Position numbers and translations under genes: made by a program. From the sequence record PP944860.1: a DNA stretch of 48,081 bases; one strand, 5' to 3'. The notes below the pieces were generated by a model. That model ran no database searches, had not been told where the DNA came from, and saw nothing but the letters and a program-made list of their open reading frames with translations. Position 1 is the stretch's first letter. Each line of letters opens with the position of its first letter. This document shows positions 18,545 to 26,011 of this stretch, piece by piece. Source of the DNA: Escherichia phage AN_ECEAS.

Positions 18545-18860
18545 ATCGTATACACCTATTTACGCCTCGATACGCCATAGTTACATTAAAATATCTATAT
18601 ATATCAACCCTTTACTCTTATTATTATTATTATATATATTACTGTGTATATCATGTAACTACTATTCTGTAGTGTTCCGGTTATAATTTTTATATCATGT
18701 GATTTTATACAGTATTGCGAGGCACCCATACCTATGCACCATCCGCCAAGATCGGTATACACGATATACGCACCATTTACATTGAGCTATAGCTGGGCTC
18801 AGGCAGTGAAAAACGTAACCAATAGAAATGTCTACACGTAGTTACGGATTTATACGCGTA
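18545..18860. repeat. control region A: AT-rich (ATT)n block, 10-bp palindrome AGCTATAGCT, conserved CGTAACCAAT and ACGCGTATA boxes; paralogous to region B
   Basis: Blocks 18591-18650 and 18781-18860 align by eye with 38701-38760 and 38891-38970. Confidence 0.7.
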
Positions 18861-18957
18861 TACTTGATTAATTAATCGGTGATACCAATTGGACTGTGTG
18901 TCTTGCGTGCGGCATCATTACATCATCGAAATCACGCAACCAAAGAGAGATAAAGAA

Positions 18958-19152
18958 ATGCCATACTTCATCATCAAAGAGAAAAACAACGCACTGTTCG
19001 ACGACTGCTACTTTGGTGGCCCGGCTGGATACACAATTCATAAATCTGAAGCCGATCGATTCGAGACTAAGGAAGAAGCTAAGTCTATTCTGACCGGATA
19101 TTTCACTGAGGAAGATTTGAAAGCCGTTAAGATTGTTAAAGTTAAGGATTGA
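18958..19152 (+). CDS. hypothetical early protein
   Basis: ATG 18958 with RBS AAAGAGAGA; first gene right of control region A. Confidence 0.5.
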   Translation: MPYFIIKEKNNALFDDCYFGGPAGYTIHKSEADRFETKEEAKSILTGYFTEEDLKAVKIVKVKD

Positions 19153-19155
19153 ATC

Positions 19156-20127
19156 ATGACATTCAAAGTTTATTTAAATAACGAACTTAGCAACGAAGCC
19201 TATCACGAAGAGCAGGACCACATCTCTGGCTCTTCACTGGCTGAGATTCTTGCTACCTCACCAGCTAAATGGAAGTTTAAGCAGCGCAATAACTCTAGCG
19301 CAGCACTTAAGTTTGGCACACTAAGTCACTGCATGATGCTAGAGCGCGAGGTGTTTGACTCAACATACATGCGAGCTACTGACTTTGACGAAGTGGAAGG
19401 ATTGATTACTAGCCAAACGGCTTTATCCGCAGCGCTTAAAAAAGTTGGAGTTTCAGGCACGTCAGGGAAGGGTTATAACGAGCTTGTAGAGATGATGTAT
19501 AAGTGTGGTGAGGATTGGCCTGTTAAATGGTTAATTGAGCAGCAGGAGAGCGCTCATGCGCTAATTAGTGGCAAAGAGCTAGTTGCTGCGAAAGATTACG
19601 ATAAAGTAATTCAAATGCGAGAGGTTCTAACTAATATTCCGGCATATGATTCGGTAATTAATTCACCATCAGCGCAGAAAGAACTATCAATATTTGGTGA
19701 GATTCTCGGTTGTGGTGTTAAGGTTCGTCTTGACCATGTGGATGTTGTTGATGGTATTGTCTACATTACTGACTATAAAACTACGTCAGACGCAAGCCCG
19801 AGGGGGTTTGGGAAGTCAGCTTATGACCATGGATACCTGTGCAAGATGGCACTTCAGCGAGATCTGTTTGTGAAAGCCTTTAATGAGAAACGTAAGGTTG
19901 TAGTTCGCCTTCTGGCGCAGGAGAAAACAGAGCCTTACTTACCAATGAGCTACACTCTTACGGATGAACAGCTTAGAATTGGACGTTTACAATATTGTGA
20001 GGCACTGTCAATTTACAAGAATTGCAAGGAAACAAACATGTGGCCCGGATACTCAAACGGAGCAACGGAACAGGAGTTAATGATACCTGAATGGGTAATT
20101 AACAGTTATAAGGATATTATAAAGTGA
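19156..20127 (+). CDS. putative PD-(D/E)XK-family exonuclease (recombination partner of ERF)
   Basis: Motif ITDYKT consistent with D-x-K nuclease core; position upstream of ERF/SSB. Confidence 0.45.
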   Translation: MTFKVYLNNELSNEAYHEEQDHISGSSLAEILATSPAKWKFKQRNNSSAALKFGTLSHCMMLEREVFDSTYMRATDFDEVEGLITSQTALSAALKKVGVSGTSGKGYNELVEMMYKCGEDWPVKWLIEQQESAHALISGKELVAAKDYDKVIQMREVLTNIPAYDSVINSPSAQKELSIFGEILGCGVKVRLDHVDVVDGIVYITDYKTTSDASPRGFGKSAYDHGYLCKMALQRDLFVKAFNEKRKVVVRLLAQEKTEPYLPMSYTLTDEQLRIGRLQYCEALSIYKNCKETNMWPGYSNGATEQELMIPEWVINSYKDIIK

Positions 20128-20608
20128 TTGATAAATTTAATGATATCTTTAGATATGATGGTGAAAAGCTGTACTATAAAAACTGGGTAAACGGTAGAAG
20201 TAAGTCTCTTGGACTAGAGGCTGGTAGCAAACAGAATGGTTACTTGAAAGTTACAATTGGCGGCAGAAATTATAAAGTTCATAGAATTATATGGGAAATG
20301 GTTAATGGTGAAATACCTGATGGAATGGAATAGATCACATAAATCACGTAAAGGATGATAATAGGATTGAGAATCTAAGGCTGGTAACTCACAAGGAAAA
20401 CTCAAGAAATAGGAAAAAGAGGTCAGATAACTCTTCAGCAACACAGGGCGTTTCTCTGCATAAGATTACAAGGAAGTGGCAATCTTATTGCTCTGATAAT
20501 GATGGAAAAATTATGTACCTTGGATTATTTGAGGATATTAATGATGCTATTGATGCTAGGGTTAAGTTCGCCTCACAATGTGACTTCCATGAGAATCATG
20601 GTAAATAG
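20124..20608 (+). pseudogene. HNH homing endonuclease, frameshifted (N-terminal part in frame 0 to 20333, HNH core in -1 frame 20321-20608)
   Basis: Frame 0 ends ...IPDGME*; -1 frame continues IDHINHVKDDNRIENLRLV..., matching the intact paralogue at 36850..37347. Confidence 0.5.
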
Positions 20609-20623
20609 CAATAATTGCTAAAG
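20605..20623 (+). promoter_or_regulatory. dyad-motif promoter element, variant ATAGCAATAATTGCTAAAG
   Basis: Overlaps HNH pseudogene stop; upstream of ERF gene. Confidence 0.45.
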
Positions 20624-20678
20624 ACAAATCTTATAGGTGGGGTATCATTACCCCATAGAAACTAAAGAGAGATAGGTA

Positions 20679-21329
20679 ATGAAAACTTCAGAACAAAACA
20701 AGCAGGTATTGAAAGCGTTATTTGAGGCTAAATCAAAGTTTGCAAAGGCTGAAAAGTCAAAGCAGAACTCGCACCTCAAGAACAAGTACGCGACCCTTGA
20801 AGACGTTTTGGCGGCTGTAGAGCCAGGACTCGCAGATAGCGGCCTTGTCATGTTTCAAGGCATGATTGATGATGAAGCCACAACTAGAATTAAGGTTGAA
20901 ACAACTGTCTATCATGCAGAATCTGGAGAGTGGGTCAGCTTCCTGACAATCGTCCCAATCAGCAAGCAAGATGCTCAAGGTTATGGGTCATCACTTACAT
21001 ACGCTCGCCGTTACGCAATCACAGCGGCGTTAGGTTTAAGCCAGGCAGATGATGATGGTCAGTTAGCAGTTAAAGGCATCAACTCATTTAAGAAAGATTT
21101 AGCTAAGTGCAACACTCTTGATGACCTGCGAGATGTATACAAAGAAGCTAAGCAGTCTCTTGATTCAGCTGGTTGGCTGGTGATTGAACCTCACATTATT
21201 GAGCGTAAGGCAGAGATTCAGGCTAATGCAACTAACGGCTTCAATCCTGCAAAACCTAAACAGGTTGCACAAAAGTCTGTTCAAGAAGAAAAAGTTGAAG
21301 TACAATCTCAAGAAATCGACACATTCTAA
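20679..21329 (+). CDS. ERF-family single-strand annealing protein
   Basis: Motif GSSLTYARRYAITAALGL typical of ERF; adjacent to SSB. Confidence 0.7.
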   Translation: MKTSEQNKQVLKALFEAKSKFAKAEKSKQNSHLKNKYATLEDVLAAVEPGLADSGLVMFQGMIDDEATTRIKVETTVYHAESGEWVSFLTIVPISKQDAQGYGSSLTYARRYAITAALGLSQADDDGQLAVKGINSFKKDLAKCNTLDDLRDVYKEAKQSLDSAGWLVIEPHIIERKAEIQANATNGFNPAKPKQVAQKSVQEEKVEVQSQEIDTF

Positions 21330-21335
21330 TTTAAC

Positions 21336-21349
21336 GGGGCTGCGGCCCC
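21336..21349 (+). other. GC stem-loop without T-tract between ERF and SSB genes
   Basis: GGGGC-TGCG-GCCCC hairpin followed by AACATT. Confidence 0.35.
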
Positions 21350-21369
21350 AACATTAAGAGAGAAAGAAA

Positions 21370-21807
21370 ATGAGTCATGTAATTACTGGTGTTATCCGTC
21401 GCGCTCCGTTCACCAAAGAAGGTCAGAATGCTAACGGAACCTGGAAAATGTATGCAGTTGATTTAAGCGAGCGCTACAAGGACAAGGATGGTCAGGTACA
21501 TTACAGTAACTATCGAGCTGTCTTCTTCGCAAAAGAATCAATGCTTGCATGGTACGATGAGGCTTTTCAGGAAGGAAAAATTGTTAGCGTAAGCTGCGAA
21601 ACTCTTGCTGTAGATGTTCGTGATAAAGATGGTAAGACGTATGTAACCATTAACATGAACAACCCGCGACTTGAGTTTAGTCAGCGCGGTGATGGTATTC
21701 AGCAACAACAGCGCCAGCAGCCACAGCAGCAACAAAGCCAACAACCACAGCAGAACCATCAGCAACCTAAGCAGCAGCAGAACTTCGACGATGACATCCC
21801 ATTCTGA
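21370..21807 (+). CDS. ssb: single-stranded DNA-binding protein
   Basis: 145 aa, Gln/Pro-rich linker and acidic C-terminal tail ...DDDIPF. Confidence 0.8.
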   Translation: MSHVITGVIRRAPFTKEGQNANGTWKMYAVDLSERYKDKDGQVHYSNYRAVFFAKESMLAWYDEAFQEGKIVSVSCETLAVDVRDKDGKTYVTINMNNPRLEFSQRGDGIQQQQRQQPQQQQSQQPQQNHQQPKQQQNFDDDIPF

Positions 21808-21817
21808 TAAAAGATAA

Positions 21818-21839
21818 AGCCCCTTTCGGGGCTTTTTTT
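21818..21839. terminator. bidirectional terminator between SSB and tailspike genes
   Basis: AGCCCC-TTTC-GGGGCT stem-loop flanked by A-run and T7. Confidence 0.7.
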
Positions 21840-24372
21840 ATGCGAGAGAAACTCTTGAATTTGCAAATATCATGGCATCCCTTTGGTTATCAAACTGCAC
21901 AACAAAGTAATCAGCAAGACTTAACACCATACCAGTTAGTCCATCAAGGTTGATATGCAGGTTTGCAGTGCCAGATACTGAAGCCTGAGCAACTCCAAAT
22001 GTATGAACCCACTTACCGCCCTCAGTGAACACTTTCCCTAAAGATGCAGTACCAAAAATACTGATAGCACCATCTGCACCACCTTGAATCCTGTTTGCAG
22101 AGATACCCCAAACGTACCATTTGCCGGAAGTTATATTAAAGCCACCATTTATCAATTCGTACTGAGCCGCACCAGCCAATTCGTAGTATCCAGATGATTG
22201 CGAGTGTATACCCCTTGTATCAGAACCTTCACTTGCCGACCCTGTTCCACCAAAGTTGTTCCCACCAGTACCAAAAGGCCTCCTGACTAAAACAGTTCCG
22301 GAATCGGGATTAAAAACTCGACCCTTAGTAACATATCCTCTAACAGATAAGTCAGATGTACCCGTTATCTTGGCTGTCTGTGATACCAGTGACTCAACTA
22401 TAACGTTTGATGTTGAAGAGCCATTCAGGTATGCATCCTTAGCAAAAATAATACTGTTCGAATCAAGAGAGAAACTTTGATGCCCATCAGCGTTATCAAA
22501 CCTGCAACCGTAAGTAACAAGGTTTGAGTTAGACAACTCAATGTTATTAATGTAGGAGTGCTCAGCAAAGAAAACAGACGTATCAATAAGCTTCAAAACC
22601 CTTGGTAGCTCAGCACCCTCACCTACGTTAATTGCCCCACCAGTCGCTATTGCTTCAAACCATACATTTGACAAACCACAAGGCGAGGTCGGGCAATCTC
22701 CAGGTTTATTCTTTAACCTTATACCACCTCCAGCAGAGGCCTCCATTATTGAATCCCTAATCCACCATCCACCAATCCCTCCAGCACCAGGGTTAGTTGC
22801 ACTACTTGTGCTTGTCGCATCTAGCATTACTGAATATTGAGAGATTGTATCTGAGTGGTACCCGTATAAAGTGTCCGCTCCTATATGCATTTCGTCATGA
22901 GCTTTGGCTCGATACCCGTAATTCGCATTTCTAATACTTACGTTTCTGTAGGTATTTCCAATGTTGCCAGCATTTTTCCTTATACCAACATCCAGGTCAT
23001 TGAAGTAAAGCCTATCCAATACAACCCTTCCAGCATAAGGGTCATCCGGGAATTGAAAGCCGTTATTACCTTGTATTGCAGTACCTGTAAACTGCAAATC
23101 CGATAAATGCTTTTGCCTCCAGTGCGGAACCGATAGCGTTGAGGTGAGTCCGGTTTCAAAAGGTTTAACACTTATTACGGTATTATATCCAGAGCCTGAT
23201 ATGTTCCTGCCAGCAAAGGAGTAGTTATTACTCTCATAAGTTCCCGGGCTTATAACTACCGACCCGCCATCGCCAGCGGCTTCTATTGCTGAAGATATTG
23301 AGCCGCTATAGCTTGATGTGCTTTTTGAATCTGTATTTAAAATTGATGACACCTCACCCTTTGAGTAAACATCAAGGTTGGTTCTTGCCACGGACTTATC
23401 TGCAATGTCTGAAAGATTCAATGATTTTTGAAACGTCTCGGATTTTGAGTAAACATCAAGCAACCCCCTAACCCTTGACGCGCTTGATCCACCAGTTGCA
23501 GCATCACCGCCAGGCAAGCTTAGTACTTCCCTTACATAAAAAACCCTAGATCCAGTCGCACCAGAAATTGTGACATCTGCAATCCTAAAATTTGAGTTTG
23601 ACCCAGTAGACGGAGATAACCTTAATACATTAGCCGAATTAACACCCCTAGTTGCAATAACATCAATACAAATAGGAGTTGTTGAAACCGGAAACATTGA
23701 ACTAATTTCTTTTGGGGTGTTTAACATATTCCCAGGTGTGCACTGATAACGACCTCCGGAATAAAATTGCATTGTTTGCCAATCTAAAGAGGTAAGTAAT
23801 GGCGTTGTCGTGCTACCTATTCCGTGATTAGCAAAGTAAGCAACAGCCGCTGTATTTCCAGCCGCATTTATTGCTTCAACCGTCCTGTTATATGAATTTT
23901 GTGCGTTAGTGCTTGCACCAACTGCGGTCGCTGCACTTTCAGCAGCAGCAATCTGACTAGCTAACGCCTCCGCAGCTCCGGTAGTTGACTGAGTTGCCAG
24001 TTGTTCAAAACGAGGCCAATCAAAAGTATCTTGACCAATAAATTGCAGTAGACTTTCAATAGAAGTCTCTTTTGACTGGTAGTAACGCAATGTTTCCGCA
24101 ACATCCTGTGCCAACCCCTGAACAGTAATTCCATCATGAGCAAGAATTGCGTAACCAGTACCAGCGGGAACAGTTTCAGAACTTGGATTATAAACATTAA
24201 CCTGAGTATCGCTGATGATTTCAGAGATGGTGTAAATTTTCAGAGGGCTGGTTTTGAAAATGATAGTAGCACCTACACGAATCAGCGTAAGCGGCGCTTT
24301 CCATGTTGTACCGACACCAGTTACCTCTCCATTCGCGGCCAGTGACGCTGTTCCTAAGTCATAAATTGCCAT
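21838..24372 (-). CDS. tailspike/tail fibre protein with beta-helix (pectate-lyase-like) domain
   Basis: ~845 aa, Gly/Ser/Asn-rich repetitive beta-strand pattern; ATG 24372 with RBS GGAG. Confidence 0.5.
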   Translation of the reverse strand: MAIYDLGTASLAANGEVTGVGTTWKAPLTLIRVGATIIFKTSPLKIYTISEIISDTQVNVYNPSSETVPAGTGYAILAHDGITVQGLAQDVAETLRYYQSKETSIESLLQFIGQDTFDWPRFEQLATQSTTGAAEALASQIAAAESAATAVGASTNAQNSYNRTVEAINAAGNTAAVAYFANHGIGSTTTPLLTSLDWQTMQFYSGGRYQCTPGNMLNTPKEISSMFPVSTTPICIDVIATRGVNSANVLRLSPSTGSNSNFRIADVTISGATGSRVFYVREVLSLPGGDAATGGSSASRVRGLLDVYSKSETFQKSLNLSDIADKSVARTNLDVYSKGEVSSILNTDSKSTSSYSGSISSAIEAAGDGGSVVISPGTYESNNYSFAGRNISGSGYNTVISVKPFETGLTSTLSVPHWRQKHLSDLQFTGTAIQGNNGFQFPDDPYAGRVVLDRLYFNDLDVGIRKNAGNIGNTYRNVSIRNANYGYRAKAHDEMHIGADTLYGYHSDTISQYSVMLDATSTSSATNPGAGGIGGWWIRDSIMEASAGGGIRLKNKPGDCPTSPCGLSNVWFEAIATGGAINVGEGAELPRVLKLIDTSVFFAEHSYINNIELSNSNLVTYGCRFDNADGHQSFSLDSNSIIFAKDAYLNGSSTSNVIVESLVSQTAKITGTSDLSVRGYVTKGRVFNPDSGTVLVRRPFGTGGNNFGGTGSASEGSDTRGIHSQSSGYYELAGAAQYELINGGFNITSGKWYVWGISANRIQGGADGAISIFGTASLGKVFTEGGKWVHTFGVAQASVSGTANLHINLDGLTGMVLSLADYFVVQFDNQRDAMIFANSRVSLA

Positions 24373-24395
24373 TGTGTAAAGTCTCCATTTGTAAA

Positions 24396-24414
24396 ATAGC
24401 ACGAATTGCTAAAG
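24396..24414 (+). promoter_or_regulatory. dyad-motif element with no + strand gene downstream (lies in leader of the minus-strand tailspike gene)
   Basis: Perfect ATAGCACGAATTGCTAAAG; a degenerate reverse copy at about 24462-24480. Confidence 0.35.
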
Positions 24415-24438
24415 TTGATTGTAGCATCTTTGAGTCAT

Positions 24439-24459
24439 AAAAAAACCTCCCTTAGGAGG
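24439..24459 (-). terminator. rho-independent terminator (minus strand) after primase gene
   Basis: CCTCC-CTTA-GGAGG stem-loop with T7 on minus strand. Confidence 0.6.
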
Positions 24460-25383
24460 TTAGTCTAGCAATTCGCTTGCCTTGTATATTCGCTTTCTTA
24501 TGCCTGACTTGAAAAAATTATCATCATTTGGCATTACCACATCAAGATCGCGATCGTCAGCAACGGCGAGTAAATCAAAAGCGTGGCGAGTGCAAGCGAT
24601 GCGTAACTTGTATTTTCTAAGCGCGTAAGCAACCATTTCCATGTTGTAGCTGGAGTAGCAAACAATCACGCAGCGGTTGCCAGTAGCAAGATGAACGCGA
24701 ATACCATCAATCCAATTATCGACAAGATAAGCGTACTCATCATCTTTAAGGGAGCCAATAACAGACACTGACTGTCGAGTATAATCTTTTGCAGCATAGC
24801 TAACATCTCCTTCCTCATTGATAAACATTACATTGCACATTTCTTCTGATATGCCGTCACTATAAGCCATAAAGCACGGGACAGCATGGATTAATTCACC
24901 TGATTTTGTTCTACCAACATCAAATCCAAACTCGCTATAAATACCCTCGTATGTACTGAGTGGAGTTGATTCTACTCTTTCCGTCCTTTCCATTATCTCC
25001 AGGCATCTTTCGTGGTCAATCTGTGCTCCCATTTTGTAGAGCTGGGCTCTTGATGCTTGCTTGTTTGCCTTGTTAACAACTTCAACCGGGATGAGGTTCA
25101 GCCACTCACCTAGAGTGTCAATACATTCACTGAATGACTCACCCCGCATCTTCATGACCCAAATAATCCCATCACCTGACCCGCACTGGTTGCAGATAAT
25201 CCCACCGTCACCATCCTCACTAACCTTGTTTGTCCAGCGAGCGCGGTCAACTCCTCCACAATAAATACATGGCTTATGCTTTTTTGTCTGGAAGAATTTT
25301 GGGTCTGCGCCGCAAATGTTTATAAGCGCCTTATCCCACAGTCCGCGCATTCTTGGTAAAACTTCTTTCTTGTCGTAGTGCAT
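24460..25383 (-). CDS. putative DNA primase (zinc-ribbon plus TOPRIM-like region)
   Basis: CIYCGG...CNQCG zinc motif; acidic DxD cluster; divergent from helicase gene. Confidence 0.45.
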   Translation of the reverse strand: MHYDKKEVLPRMRGLWDKALINICGADPKFFQTKKHKPCIYCGGVDRARWTNKVSEDGDGGIICNQCGSGDGIIWVMKMRGESFSECIDTLGEWLNLIPVEVVNKANKQASRAQLYKMGAQIDHERCLEIMERTERVESTPLSTYEGIYSEFGFDVGRTKSGELIHAVPCFMAYSDGISEEMCNVMFINEEGDVSYAAKDYTRQSVSVIGSLKDDEYAYLVDNWIDGIRVHLATGNRCVIVCYSSYNMEMVAYALRKYKLRIACTRHAFDLLAVADDRDLDVVMPNDDNFFKSGIRKRIYKASELLD

Positions 25384-25441
25384 ATCAATCTACCTCTTAA
25401 CAAATAAAAAAGGATGTACCGATTATGGCACATCCAATCCT

Positions 25442-25915
25442 TTACTCTTTAGCTTTTCGTGCTGCTTCGTTAGCGGCCTTAATCTTGCGCCATGATCGAC
25501 ACTCTGGCTTGGTGGCTAGCTCTGCTTCAGTAACTACGCGAAGCATATGACGCTTCTTACATCGAAGTGTTAGCGGCTTACCGTTTCCGTCGAATTGCAG
25601 GTCTGGTCGGCAGAACGTAGCTCGAAATCCTTCCTTATTTCTCTTATACGCATTGTGAGCTTTCTGCGCTCCTCGAGCCGAAATCATCCCGCGATCAAAC
25701 CATTGCTCTACAGTCTGGTGAGATACGTTTAACTGCTTTGCGATGTTCGCCTTTGTTCCATAGAAATCAAGAACCATCTCCAGGCGAGCACGTAGCCCAG
25801 CCTTTACCTCATCTTTCAATACGTAGTAGCCTGACGGTCGTTTGCGTTGCTTCTTGTCTTGTGTGCGTACCGTTCCGTTATTGCCGTTAATAGTTCGTTT
25901 GTCAATTTCACACAT
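25442..25915 (-). CDS. HTH DNA-binding protein (candidate transcription regulator)
   Basis: Basic protein with HTH-like segment IAKQLNVSHQTVEQWF; its RBS region abuts dyad motif 25928-25946. Confidence 0.4.
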   Translation of the reverse strand: MCEIDKRTINGNNGTVRTQDKKQRKRPSGYYVLKDEVKAGLRARLEMVLDFYGTKANIAKQLNVSHQTVEQWFDRGMISARGAQKAHNAYKRNKEGFRATFCRPDLQFDGNGKPLTLRCKKRHMLRVVTEAELATKPECRSWRKIKAANEAARKAKE

Positions 25916-25927
25916 CTCATTACCTCA

Positions 25928-25946
25928 ATAGCACTTTTTGTTAAAC
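25928..25946 (+). promoter_or_regulatory. dyad-motif promoter element ATAGCACTTTTTGTTAAAC
   Basis: Upstream of helicase gene; TATTAT-like hexamer ~20 bp downstream; 12 bp from start of divergent HTH gene. Confidence 0.55.
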
Positions 25947-26011
25947 AATAGGTTCGATAATTGATATTATACAGCAATGCAACGAACTAACAAACTGTCA
26001 GGATACTTAAA

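Noticed and set aside
18486-18686. Track ORF (66 aa, ...LLLLLLYILLCISC...) inside control region A
   Set aside because: Lies in AT-rich microsatellite-containing repeat; low-complexity translation; no RBS; the region is paralogous to a non-coding region elsewhere.
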